Of a DNA stretch of 64,000 bases, positions 51,001 to 64,000 are shown piece after piece (within the stretch, counting starts at the first letter, position 1; each line of letters opens with the position of its first letter). Both the position numbers and the translations under genes were made by a program. Source of the stretch: Lingula anatina (lineage: Eukaryota > Animalia > Brachiopoda); NCBI GenBank assembly GCA_051362555.1, contig CM120649.1:16816567-16880566 (forward strand), written 5' to 3'. The notes under the pieces were generated by a model. It worked only from the letters and a program-made list of their open reading frames with translations, searched no databases and was not told the DNA's origin.

Positions 51001-51445
51001 AAATCCCACCGCTGTATGCATTCATAAGTTATCTAGGAAAATAGTAACTGTAAATTTTAACAAACTGTTGCATGCTTCAAAATTTTACATTGTACAAATT
51101 TTGTACAATTAATTTTATATATATATCCATCAGGACTGTTATATCCATCATTTTTATATCCATCAGGACTGTTAAAACACATATTTACGTTTACACTGGC
51201 CACCGATATCCATGTGCCTGTAGGACAGGTACAGCTATATCCACCAGGACTGTTAATACACATACTTACGTCTACACTCGCCCCCAATATCCACGGTGCC
51301 TGTAGGACAGGTACAGCTATATCCACCAGGACTGTTAATACACAGTTGCGTAGAGTTACACACCGAGGCTAACTGGTTACATTCATCTATGTCTAGAATG
51401 TGGAAACATATTAATTCAATAGAACAGTATAGATTGAAAAAAAAA

Positions 51446-51509
<64 letters not shown>

Positions 51510-54500
51510 CGTGTATAACATACCCCAGAAACAAAATACATGATAATGTTCCGGTGCTATACATTTTTTATGTGATGGGCGATTGGGGTGGGGGAGTCAT
51601 CAGAAAATGATAGTATGTTTTTATGAAACTCATGAGCACAATGTGAAACAAGTTACAATATTTTCTATCATATATTTATGTTCGTGCACAAAAGGAATAG
51701 TTCCGCATTGGCAAAACAAAATTGGTTTATTAAGTACAGATTATGTCAACCTTTGAAAGGAGTTATGTCTTCACCTCTGTTTGTCTGTCTATAATTCTGT
51801 TTGTTTATTTGTTTGGTACCAGCCATACTCAATAAATAAATAAAATCATTCGTCTTTAAATTAACACATGCTGTTTAAGGTGACAATTTTACATATATAA
51901 ATCAACCTACCTTTGCAGGTGTAGCCATCAGCTGACATGGTGTAGCCTCCATTACAATAACAGTTGTAGGAGCCCATAGTATTCACACACTGCTGGTTAC
52001 ATTTGTTCGCTCCAGTAGAACATTCGTCCTCGTCTGGTAATGACAAGAGACACAATCGCGTTGATGTCATTTATGTGATTCAAGGAAATAAGACATGTGA
52101 CAAAATAAGGTGTCTATAAATATTTAAGGTTGCCGTGAAATGTTGCTTACGATACTGGTTTTAGTCTGTTCTGCCTTCAACACTCATCCATTTTCAAAAG
52201 AGCTTAGACTATTTGATAACCGCTGCGCAACCTCTTGCGATGCCAATGGTGCCTTGACACTGTCTGTGAGTGCCACAACATGAGGACGCGCATGCGCGAA
52301 TGCTAGGTAGCTGTTACTCACCGTTACACTGGGTTTCTCCAGTAAGAGTGTAGCCTTTCTTACAACTGCACCTATTGGTTCCGGCTGAATCTACGTAACA
52401 CCAGCCATTCACCGGATCACAGCCGATATTACTGGTACAAACCCTGGTCGCTGGAATAGAATAATATCTAGAATGTTGAGAAATTTTAAAACTTATGATA
52501 TTACTCTGATTGCTTATCTTAGTTTTGTTTAATAAACTGTACAACCATCAACATTAAATCAAAAATGATATATATTTTTCCAATACCAACCGAGACCAAC
52601 AAACAATTTAACGCTGTATACGAAAACGTTTTACCGTCAGGTTGGAGGACCAATACAGCGTCACATCCAAGCAACATTTCAAATTAATTTTAGACTGGAG
52701 ATTGATCATGTTCGTTTTCATTGACAATGTGCAACTACCACGATTTGCGCTAATAGTATTTATGAGTAACTCTTTTTTTAAATCAAATGTACCGGTAGTG
52801 TCAAACAAACGCTATACTTACGAGCACATGTTTTGCCGTCAGCCTGGAGGGAGAAGGCGGTGTCACACCCACAGGTGTAGGAACCCTCCGTGTTAATACA
52901 GGTCTGGGAGCAGTCACTGGCTGGGACACATTCATTTACATCTGAAATATCGTCATCTTAAATTGTGTAAAACTAGGGTCACTGGAGAACAACGCCGTTT
53001 ATTATGTAATTAAAATAAAAATAACAGGGCCTAAATCAAGAACAATAATACGGTGGGTGCTTTTGGCGGAAAAGGTGCCGTCTATATTCGTTTTCCTTTT
53101 CACTTAAATCTTGGGCTTATGGACATCAACTATTAATACTCATAAAAAACACAACTTAATTTAAAGCTAAAAACGTGAATTCTGCACAGTGCTCGTGAAA
53201 TCTAATATACAATAAACTTCATTAAACTTGCGTGTTTTTCTCCGGTTAAGTGCAATTAAAAACAACTGTAGTACAAATAAAGGTGTCATATGTCAAAACG
53301 ACAAACATGAGATACTGCTTTGGATTTTCAGATTTTAAAAAGCATTCCGACTATCTGCGTTTTATGGCTTCCTATCCATCGACTGCCCGGGTACGTCACA
53401 TAGTAAACTGAAACAGTAAATTCCATGTGCTCAGCATGGCCAGGGCCCCCTTACTACCACAGGCGTTTACTGCTCTTTTACAGAACCACACTTTTTCATT
53501 TGGATATGTTACAAACTTTCAAACCAGAAAACAAAAGTACATATATATATATATCTTCATGTGTATCTTACCGTCACAGCGCCCCTCATCGACCAACTGA
53601 TAGCCCGTGTCACAAGAGCAAGCGTATGATCCCGGAATGTTGATGCAGATATGGTCACATTCACTGCCATTGACACATTCGTCTAAATCTGGAAAGATCA
53701 AATTATAAATCCAAGCAATAAACAAATTAAGTTATTATTTCGTTTATTGATTGAGTTTAAACCAATTTTTAATGCTGATTCATTCGGCACTACGTTGCTC
53801 TGTTCATTAATTAAAATATTAATTGATAACTACCGGTGTGTCACCGGTAGTTTATGTAATTACCGTCGCATGTAATCCCGTCCCCTAAATAACCTTCAGG
53901 ACAAGGTCCACACGTGTACCCAGTTATATTGCGTGGTGGGGGGTCATTTTGACAACGAACCCCGGGATAACAGGGCTCTGTGTTCTCTGCGCATGCGTCC
54001 ATCTCACTTTCGCAGTACGTCCCCGTGTAACTGTCTGGACAAGTGCATTCCAAGACGATAAAGCTGTTGAAACATATGCCATGGGTTAATAAGGAAAATC
54101 ATTGGCGTTAATAGAGTATATGAAGTAACTGGACGACCAAATTTTATAACATAAGTGGACAACGAGACGTCGGCACCTTTTTGTCCTGATCGACACAAAT
54201 ACATGCACATATTACATATACATTTTAAATTTAATTACAAGAACTGGAAGATGAATTTGGCATACCAGGTAGATGCTTTTTGATGACATCTTTGTTGTCT
54301 AAACTTACTATGAAGATGTTTCTTCCAGTTCAGTAGCTGTGAGTGCTGCACATGTGCCACCATTTTCACAAGGACAGTATTCTATCACAGGCTGGTAGGT
54401 GCTCCGGGCGTCATTGGTGTCCTAAGGGATAACAGATGTGCAGCATTTCATGCAAAGAGTCAATAGTGTCGAGCAAATAAGTTATTTTGTTAGGAATTTA

Positions 54501-57166
54501 CTTGATATAAATATCCTTTGTGAACTTCGTACATGCACTGCACTTTTAAGGAGGTAACGTCCAGAGTACCTTATCTATAAATACGATTATTAAAAAAAAT
54601 GAACGCTCCCAAAATGAACTCGTAAGTGCTGATATGTTTGCCTATTGTCTCTCTATTTGTAAATTTTAATTATCCATTGATTTTTAAACTTAGAAACAAA
54701 TAACAAGCAAAATTTATCAGAATAAGGAGGTGTATTAAGTTTAGCTACATACGTACATGGTATGTTTGAATTTCTTTAAAGTATAGTGAAAAATGACACC
54801 TTTCAAATTATTTACTGTAGCAAAGGACATCACTTTGCCCTTTCGAACGCAGTCCACATCACGTACTACATACCTTTGCTATCAACATCAAATTTAACTC
54901 CTCGGAGAAGGAATTGATGAGAATGCCAACGTGACACTCATCACCAGAAACCTTTGAAAGGTTACCAGAAGTGGAACCATTCGTCTCGAGCAGACATGTG
55001 ATGACGTCACCGTTTGCGTCTGACACGTTGGTTGCTATAGTGGTAAAAACACCACGATGGACCTGGTGCGATCTGGGTCCGGTGATTTTTGGAGGGAAAT
55101 TCTCTACATGAAAAAGATAATGCTGACCTTGTGAAGACACGTTTTTCGAATACTACGTGTTCTTTGCGGAAATGAGATCTTAGGCAGTTAATAAGAAAAG
55201 TAGGTGTCATAATTACCTGGAAGAGTTTCATATGTTTTGTACTTGCGCACGAGGTTGAATGGATATTAGAGAAGTTTCGTAACTCCTACTTACGGAATTC
55301 AACCTGTGGTTTAATAAGATGACCATGGCTTTGTAAGCAGCATAATAATCATTGAACAGACACTCACATAATCCTATTCAAATTCCGAAAAATTAACAGA
55401 AAGCTCTCTTCCGAGCAGCACAGCTGTGTTTCTACTGACAACACCAGGTGTCCTAGGTGTCGTCTCGCGTAAAACTTCCTATAACATTGTTAACTGCCCA
55501 TACGTTTTGTAAAACGCAGAGGCGGAACCAGAAATATTTTCTGACAGTGTTCCAAACTATCTTTGTTCATTTATCCTCTTCCACAAAAAAGAATTAAAAA
55601 ATGGATACCCGTCAATGTAAACTTGAAAATCTGACCGTCTTCCCGGAAGACCCAGAAGACGGCATCAATCAGCCCCTGAAACGTCAATATATTAATCTAG
55701 TATTATTTAATGATATGATATTATCTCACCTAAATCTAATATAGCTTTGTCACTGGCGATTTTTTCGCTGAGAGTTACTGCCCCAAAACTTAGGTCCCCT
55801 GTTTGGGCTGTATCAAAGAGGCATGACAAATCAGATCCACAGAGGGCTTCAGCTGCCGCTTGCAGTGTAGCGTTTGCGAATGTAATGTTGTCAGTGAACA
55901 TGGGTGTGAAGTTCGGGAAGTTGTAGATCTCGTAGCTCTCGCCAGCCTGGTAGCAGAATATGGTCGTTTCGTTCGTGACCATCCCTGAGAAAAATTCATC
56001 TTATGGACAATGAATAACAACCGAACTGAACACAAACAGTTTATTATTCGCAAGAGATGTAGAGCACGTCGATCATATTGTAATCCTTTACTTTCAAACA
56101 GTGAATTTCAATTATATGATATTGCAGTGTGTGTGTGTGTTTTCAAATAGTCTAAAATAAGTGTTTGTTATATCAAGACCTGTCTACCAATATGCAACGC
56201 ATTTTTAGAAAGCAAATCTTTCCTTTGGTACATCCTTAGCCTTTGCGTGAAAAATCTTCCCTATTTTCAATTTGATGATGAATGTCTACACAATGATGCA
56301 ATATGGCGGTCTTCATTTTTCTTAATATTCCAAACGAAAAATACAAAAGAATGGCGTATTTATATCAGTACACTTCAATACCACCTACTTACACGTCATT
56401 CCAAACTGGTGGTATATATCAGCTTCTGATGACGTCTCAGGTATTGGTGCACCGTTCCTAGGCGTGAGGTCATCACTTTTGTCGTTGTTAAACACTCCCA
56501 TCAGGCCCTTGGTGCGATTTTCAAAGGTTTCAGGAACTTCCAAAGTTATCGATAATGCACCCTAAAGGTAAATGCATTAATAAATTGAATGTTTACCGCG
56601 CCATAACTGATGAACCCCTGCACAATTCATATGTTTTTTTAACTACTATCATAATGGATTTCCATTTTCCTGTGAAATCCTTCCCAGAAAACAGGAGATC
56701 TAATTAAAAGGAAACAGATATGATGAAATTATGATCAACCGCAGGAACACATTGTGGAAATGTGTTTAACCAGTGTACCAATACAGGTTCGACAATACTG
56801 TTAGCATTCTATCGATACCTTAAGAGCTTTCGCAGATACGGTTATTCCGTTTTCATGCGTCACTTGGAACGAATTATTCTCTGGACGTGAGAGCAGCACC
56901 GTGCCAGACAGCGAGGAATGCGTGCTGGTATCGTTGGTAAAGTTTCCAGTGTCAATCATAGTGCAGTAAATAAAAACCTCCAGCTCTTCTTCAGTCCCAT
57001 TTTTTAGGTTAACCTGAATGAGGCTCTGTTCGACAAGCTGTATTGCAACACTGGTGAAAATAGTGGCCTTGGACGTATCTGAAATGGATGCAATGGGAAT
57101 CACTAGAGGTAACTTTGACTTATTATCTATTTATTCTTCCCAATGCATGCTTTATGTACAGATGCA

Positions 57167-57223
<57 letters not shown>

Positions 57224-60200
57224 CATCAAACACAATGTGTTATATATGCCTGGGTATTATGGATCGTTTTTCAATTCTAATTTTCTCATCTCCCTGGGGA
57301 GAATACAACCCAAGCTGCAGCAATACCTGTATATGGCGCTCAGAGCTATCTGACACAACTACGCTAACATGTGACCAAGTCAGTGTAATCTAAAAGCTAC
57401 TGTGTGGCATCATGCGTTCTGGACAACCATTTAGGCCGTAAACCTTACGTCCCCTCCTTCGACAGGAGTGACAGACATGTAATTGTCGAAACTGTTACAA
57501 AATGCCCCGTTCAAGTTCTCTCTCAGAAAGCATACATATTTAAACGATGGGCTTGGAATTCTCTCCACACGTGGACTGATCAGACTACTCAGGCGATATT
57601 ATCATGCACACACCCTTCCGAGAGGTATTCTACGGACCCTCATTTGGACATTGATGAGAATCTTCAAGAAATACAATGGTTCTTCAAAACCATCTTGATT
57701 CCAGTGATGGCTGACCAGGTCCAGGTACCTCTGGGGTCACTGAACGTATCATGGATTCTCAGCTGAAATCTCATTCCATATGCAAGAGGTGACTTCGGGG
57801 AAAACGCAAGTCCTCATCGTGTCAGTACACTTGTTCATAGTTCTCGTCTGCTGAGTACTTTGTTGCACAAATACAATATTCTGAGGATGGAGCAATCATC
57901 TTTGAGGCCTGACATTAACCCTACTAAGCACCTGTGTCATGAATCGGAGTGTGCAATGCAGGGGAAAACTAACACCCTAAAAACCTGGTCAAACACCGTC
58001 AGGCTTTATTAGAAAATTGGGACAATATCCCATAAAAAAGAATATATACCCTTGTTGAAGGTATGTCGAGTTTCCTATAGGAGATAAATGCAATACGCGG
58101 TAGATAAACACCCTTCTGGACACGTGACCTTTAAAAATCACAGCGAAGCGTCAGATTTTAGGGAATATAATACATAAGTTTGAAGCAACGGTATAAAAGA
58201 TGGATATCTACAACTTACTTTTTTGCATTTTCTGTACCACTTACCATGTTTGATGTGATATTTGGAATACAAAGCATTGTTTTTAACAGTTTCTACTGTA
58301 AGGTTATCAACTGTAAAAAGAGGCACATCGAATTGGACATAGAACAACTTTTTTACCAATGGTGTATATCTCAGAGCTGCAAATTTAGTACGTGGTAATT
58401 AGCAATTGGCCTATGTCGCACGTCTTACAAAGTTAAAGCAATAATAACTCTTCCTTTGAGATTCAAAATTCCGCATGAAATACATTGTAAACAACGCATG
58501 GAAATATATTCTATTGTATTTTACCACTAAAACGGTCGTTATTGTAGTAAAACTAAAATCTGTGCTCGTCAATAGGGCTTACGATGCTAATGACGTAATG
58601 GTGTCGCGCGGATTCTCGCGTTCATTCGAGACCAAAATAACATATGGCGCCAAACGCATTAATGCAGACGCAGACGTAAGTTGCGAGTTTTTGTACAGTG
58701 CGTCGGATAACGAAAAGCCCAGAATGGAACACATTGTGGATATTAATGTATTTTTAACAAAAAGACGAATATATCACATGAATCTTATATAGTGTTGTTG
58801 TTGTCTGCTTTTCCCGCGGTTTTAAGTAGGTCAACAGTGACTAGGCGATGTCAGAGAGAGCTCCGTCAGTTAAAATCTCTTAAGAGATTTTAACAAAAAA
58901 CCGTACGTTTAGGAAAAAAACCCTGGATTAACTTTGAATGCAGGAATGGGGTCGCTGACCATTGGTAAGTACGGGAAAATTGCCGTTTACTCCAGGAAAA
59001 TCCAATTTTTGGCCAAAATGAAGAGTTATTATGACTTTAACCATGTACCTGACACCTTTCTCGTCCGTGCCTGAACTTGCATCTCCCCACTATCGACGTC
59101 CAGTAATGTAAACTCTCCCAAGCCGTTAAAGGTGTAGTTTAGTCCGTCCAAAGTAACGAGATGAGGGTCTCCTACAGTGTTTCCTGAAATATATGATGTT
59201 ACGATCAGAAAGAAATTGTGACACAACAAAAACGTATGACCACAATATGACAATATTGCTTTTACTTTCTCAGTTTTTGACCCCGTCTTCTCCCCGTAAG
59301 GTGCATTAATTTCTTCAGAGTGAACGTGAGTGTAAAAAATAAACTGAACAGAGACGGAAATAATTTCAAGTCCTTTCGCATGTACATGTTATGGTCACTG
59401 AAACCTGTGCCTTAACCGACACCAACAATGCATTCCTATGTCAGCTATATGTTGGCTCGAGGGAAAAAGCTGGGAGCTTTGTATGCTATTTGCAAATGGG
59501 TATGAAAGTTTCAAAATGCTTAATGTTCTTCCAGTAATCTTTAACATAGGCCTATCTATTCAATGTCAAAAGGAAACATAGGAAGACAGAGATTCCTTTA
59601 TCGGTTTGTCGGGAAAGAGGAAGGAAGAAGAGCTTTAGTTTTGAAGTATTGGTAGGTAGGGGATAATGGAAAATTGAGCTTGAAAATGGACCACGTCTTG
59701 ATGAAACGATATCAGAAAGACCCTCACGCCATCGTGGCGGCCTGTATCCCTCACAGTCGTTGGATGGTAAAAGATTGTAAAAAAGTTGACACATGTTGGT
59801 GCTCTCTACGCAGCATTTCTGATACCCGTATTCCTCTGAATCTAGTCTCTGTAAAAATTGAAAAAAAGAGGTGCAGTGGGATACTTGTATTAAGCAAGTT
59901 ACTGTAACAATCTTTATAGTCTAAATTATTTAAAGTTATCTAAATGTTCTACAAACAAGGGAGAGGGATATATCCAAAACGAGGCAAAAAGCCGGCATTA
60001 GCAATTGTTAAAGAAAACTTGTGAACAGTTAACAAAAAAATCGGGCACTTATCAATAAGATTTCCTAGTTTTTTTTAAGAATAATAACCCATGCTGTTCA
60101 AACCCACACTGTGTATAATAAGAGTTTGTGTGTTACTTGTAGCACCAATAGTCTCATCGTTTACTGAATGTATTTAAGAACTGGTAACAAATGCGTTTCT

Positions 60201-63200
60201 TACATTAAAACCACATACAGGGGGTATATATACTCACGGTAATGTTCTCTACGTGACCTCCATGTGGGATACCAACCAAGAGAGAATCCCAGTTAGGTGA
60301 ACGCCTCCATCTTGAGTAACAGCAACTCCGCCTTAAATATGCGCTCAGGGAAGAAGATCGGTAGCATTCTTTGCCAGCATAATGTTCACGCTTTTTCGAC
60401 ATGGAACTAAATCTGGGGACAAAATCAACATTTGACAAGTAGTAAAATTACCCCTCACACACACACCCTACTATATACGCACGTTCTCAGTATATATAGG
60501 TCCATTTGAAGAAAGCAGCAAAGTGAGATATGACGTGAGATTCGCGAATTCAGCGTTTTCTAAATCTCTGATGACAGGATTTTAATGGCTGTCTGAATGA
60601 GTGATAACTGATGGTGGAAAAGAACATGTGCCTTTTTCTCAAGCCTGAGGTGAAATAATTCCTCAATTTAAAGATTTTTCTGATAAACCGGCACCACAAA
60701 TTCACCACAACTTCGCTTGTCAAGAAGGGAAAATGCAAGTATTTTTTAATGTACTAGATTGCAACTGAAATCCTCTGAAACCATTCAAACACTTTAAGAA
60801 TCTGTTCAGTTCAAAGGCAAACAGATAGATTTGTTCCAGTACTTTAATGGTCTTTCGAGATTTTTTGATGGTGAATAAGTGACAATCTTTATCGTGCACT
60901 GTACAATGCAATAAGACTCCCTTTTAAAGACCCAGGGCGTACTTGGCTTAGTTTATTATCATTATAGGGCACCACCCATGTTTTTTGTTCCTACCGTGAA
61001 TCCCTTCTAGCTTGCCACCAGTTGCATGGGCACGGGTCCAAATTAAACTCACTGAAATTCCTGGGATAGTGTGCAAACTCTTTCTTCGCCCACTGATAGC
61101 ATTGCAGAGCAGCAGATCCATCACCACTGTTTTCCTCCAGGCGAAACATCCAGGTACCTGCCTCACCTTCAGAAAAATATATCCCTCAGTATTTAACGTC
61201 ACTTTCTGTCTGACAATGAGTAAAATAATATGCAACAGTATGATAAACCTAAGTTCTGAATAAGAAGTTATTAAAAGCGTGTCAACATTCGTTGTTCGAA
61301 AGTCCATATAAATTTTAGAGGGACAGGCTTGTAGGCAAGGGGGCTAGGGGTACAAAATGAATGCCCTTTTGGTCAGATAATCCGCTCTGAAACAATATTT
61401 AATCTAACTTCTGTCATTTCACAAAGCGGGTAAACAAAGGGAGAAAAAGAACGTCATTTAAAATTGTTGGCGAAATAATTGTAGGTGGCTGATTCATTTA
61501 AGTACTTGTCATCTTTATATTCTTTCTTTTTCTAGTTTTTGGATCAAGTTATCTTTTATACCAGTATTTCCCACAACTGTATCCAAGTCCGCCATGACAC
61601 TTTTCCCGGAAGCTGGCATATTGTAGTAAGTGTTCTGGCGGAAATCATTTCCGTCCCCCGCGCTGTACCCCGCTACTGGCATCCCTTTCCGTTTGGATGA
61701 GGGGACATATTTTTCGAAGGTATCCTTAGAGTAATCTGCAAGGATGATAAATCTCTCATGAATTGGTCAGTCAAAATAAAAAGATGTCACACTAAGAATG
61801 CGCAGAGTTTAACCGTTATAAATATAGTGATAATGGAGTGGAAATAATAAAGGGTACCGAAGGAGACATATTTCATACCTGCAAAAATTGCACATGGTTT
61901 TTTCACCATGGCGTTTATTTTTTTCTAGCTGTCGGGCAATTAGACTGAAAATAAGCATAGTTTTGCCCCTTTAAAGGTACATACGAACCGAGCATCGGTG
62001 GAGTGCGGATTCCCAGTAACACATATAGTCCACTTCTACTAGTTTCTTATATACGACTCGAATAAGTTTGACATGCGAAGGGATAAATTGAATAGATCAC
62101 TCGATCAGCCGTAAAAGAGCTTAAGACTGCTCCTTTCTTTAAAGTTTTGGTCAAAAATTTAACCTACTTTCGTAACGTACTTTTCTGTCCCATTGACATA
62201 CAGCATAGAATGCTAGCAGAAAAATCCATTCAAACATCATTTTCAGGTAAAATTTAGCAATGCCTTTTGGTAATTCTCTTAGTTATAATACTTAAAACTA
62301 TATGCTGGCATCTGGTTGGTTTTTGTTGCAAAAAGTTGACTTGATACAATATAACCAAACCATGCCGTCAGAAAAGCCTCTTCAAGTTCGCTCTCACGGC
62401 TCCACTCCCTTGTACTTCCAGCTAAAAATGACCAGACAGCTACAAGTCTCACTCCATTCGACGTCACTTCCGGTACAATCATATCACCTTCCGTACCCTT
62501 TATTGAGTTGATGTCTTAATTTGTTTTAAGAAACTATTATTTAACTTTGAGGATGTTAACTGCCTTTAAATGTTATTAATTGTCTTAAAAAAGAATATCG
62601 TATGTTTGCTAAGCTCTATAGTCATGAAGTGAGCAAAGTCATGCATGTTTAAAAAGTCCCAGGAAATCCTTTGCCCCGCGCCTAATCGTACAACCGTAGG
62701 CTTCTGGATATATAATACGTGTAGTGTCTACTCTATTTCACACAGGGCATGATTTGAAATCAAAATGGCGGATTACCCCTGCACATGTGCAACGGAGTTC
62801 GGATAATATCTACATACTTATATTCTATTTAAACATGTATTGCAATATCATATTTGCAAAGGTAGAAAATGCTTAAAGGTAGGCCTACAATGTATAAGTA
62901 ACAAAGTCATAAATGCTTGACCAAGCTTACTAGTAGTTATTGGTCAGCTCATATTTCAGCCACAAACAAATAAAAGATTCTCCAACTTTGATGGGAATGC
63001 GTTTCATACTCACGTTCGTAAAACCAGTTTATGTCTTGATATATGAACTTGACGAAGGAAAACTGGCCATCAGTCATCAGGACGGCTTGGAAGTTATTCA
63101 CCTGGAGAGAAAATATCTTCGGTGAAAAAATGTCAACAGATTGTTGATTATTAAGTGCCAACCGATGGATTAGGGTGATTATAACTATTAACATTTATCT

Positions 63201-63937
63201 ACACACTTTCTTTATTTTCTTTTTACCAGTGTGTCCCCTGATACTTCTGCGCTATAAGATAAGTTGTATGAATGCTCTAAGTGAGGATAATTCTACTTGC
63301 ACAAAATAAAATATTATTTGATTATAATAATCAGCTGCTTACAAAGAAAATCACAATCACAAAACTTTCATAAGATCTATATTATTTTCCAGAGATACAG
63401 GGACTTCTGCTATTACGATTGTCACCAGACGTTTGATATGCGCGAAATGACAACTGCGTATTGCATTTTTAAATTTTTGTTTTGCAAAAGATGTGGAGTA
63501 AAAGACTCTATGAAAACAAAATTCTAAATATGACAGCAGCATATGATCTTAGGGCACATTTTCGGTCCAGTTGTACGTTATACCTCAGCATGCCGTGTTA
63601 TTACGATAACCTAACCATAAGGCACCAATCTTATCCAAATGCTTCCACACCCATCTCTGTGATAACTTGGTAAAGGCGCGCAAGTGGAAATGGTTAGAGA
63701 TCGCAATAAAACTGTCTGAAGGGTTACGTACTATACTGGTACTGGGGGTGCAGGGTCTTTAGTAAAGGCGTCACAAGTGAACTGTTTTCCTTTTTCTTAC
63801 TGGCACATGCCGTAGTCTGGAGACGCTGCAAGGGTTATACCATGAATAATACCGCCATCTGCGCCGCAAGGAACAGGCACTGATGTAAGGCGGGAGGTTG
63901 GTCCACGTGACCACCATTACCCAGGAGGGGGTGAATT
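45085..63937 (-). CDS. Gene C (5'-partial): NIDO-AMOP-VWD-EGF-TM paralog
   Basis: Exons 63801-63937, 63014-63101, 61562-61735, 60995-61166, 60238-60412, 59728-59848, 59049-59183, 56819-57078, 56393-56561, 55730-55984, 54874-55103, 54309-54421, 53864-54063, 53572-53688, 52822-52941, 52322-52450, 51911-52033, 51270-51392, 50876-50979, 50258-50370, 49785-49978, 49131-49341, 45851-46911, 45085-45398. Sizes equal those of gene B or differ by whole codons. Ends ...AWGNETK*. Confidence 0.88.
45851..46911 (-). CDS. Gene C cytoplasmic repeat exon (about 7-8 x ~35 aa)
   Basis: Within ORF 45828-46961. Donor GCAG|GTAGGT at 45850 splices in frame to acceptor cttag|GACCAAGGGGT at 45398. Confidence 0.82.
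47279..48890 (-). mobile_element. 5'-truncated non-LTR retrotransposon (Rex1/Babar-like LINE) with intact RT region, in a gene C intron
   Basis: 465-aa ORF 47404-48801 with [43 protein letters not shown]. 3' end is AATAAA followed by a (TTA)n tail. Flanks (tgcctttg | ...atgaacatg) lie only a few bases apart in the paralogous gene B intron near 20840. Confidence 0.92.
51449..51508. repeat. (TA)n microsatellite
   Basis: Directly visible. Confidence 0.95.
57172..57221. repeat. (TA)n microsatellite
   Basis: Directly visible. Confidence 0.95.
57225..58366 (+). mobile_element. Degenerate Tc1/mariner transposon relic in a gene C intron
   Basis: From about 57800: ENASPHR ... [15 protein letters not shown] ... 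[22 protein letters not shown]...RG, resembling Tc1 QDNAPxH / WPxxSPDLNPIExLW / W..IP...I..L..SM, with stops and frameshifts. Adjacent to a (TA)n tract; absent from the B intron. Ends approximate. Confidence 0.75.
61851..62499. mobile_element. Non-autonomous DNA element with AGGGTAC(C/G)GAAGG TIRs (Kolobok-like)
   Basis: ataa|AGGGTACCGAAGGAGA ... TCACCTTCCGTACCCT|ttat. The upstream flank ggagtggaaata is shared with the gene A intron (about 5835), which lacks the element. Confidence 0.55.
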
Positions 63938-64000
63938 CTGGAACAAGGAAAACGATCAAGTGTAAATTACGTTAACTGATTAATATTATGTAAATTTAAT

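Noticed and set aside
3582-55009. About ten TGACGTCA (CRE-like) palindromes
   Set aside because: Five are in coding exons and three (3582, 7157, 33915) sit at likely branch-point positions just upstream of acceptors; no promoter clustering.
306-63937. Assigning MUC4, SUSD2 or mesh as gene symbols
   Set aside because: Only domain architecture is shared; no sushi domain was seen and orthology needs a phylogeny.
19526-63937. Genes B and C as uncollapsed haplotypes of one locus
   Set aside because: Introns are substantially diverged, carry different TE insertions and differ in intron number, which fits true paralogs.

Overview
AT-rich, intron-rich animal DNA, most likely from an invertebrate; the species cannot be determined from sequence alone. 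The window holds a head-to-tail tandem array of three paralogous minus-strand genes, spaced about 25-28 kb apart, encoding MUC4/SUSD2/Mesh-like NIDO-AMOP-VWD(GDPH)-EGF proteins. I built exon models by hand from GT-AG sites; exon sizes and phases agree across paralogs. Gene B (42739-19526) is complete, with 34 coding exons and about 2013 aa: signal peptide, EMI-like, uromodulin/GP2-type D10C, EGFs, NIDO, AMOP, VWD, Ig/cadherin-like, EGF array, juxtamembrane domain with a furin site, TM helix and a repeat-rich cytoplasmic tail. Gene A (ATG at 15693, runs off the left edge) carries a ~770-aa Ser/Ala mucin-like repeat domain in place of EMI-D10C-EGF. Gene C (runs off the right edge, stop at 45085) has an extra intron in its tail. 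The paralogs are nearly identical in VWD/EGF but differ sharply in short Trp/Tyr/Arg-rich loops, one a Cys-bounded poly-Tyr loop encoded by a microsatellite. The tails of B and C carry tandem RRLSHP and PPSPTLS motifs. Introns contain a 5'-truncated Rex1/Babar-like LINE, a Tc1 relic, several MITEs and microsatellites. No RNA genes or CRISPR arrays were seen.
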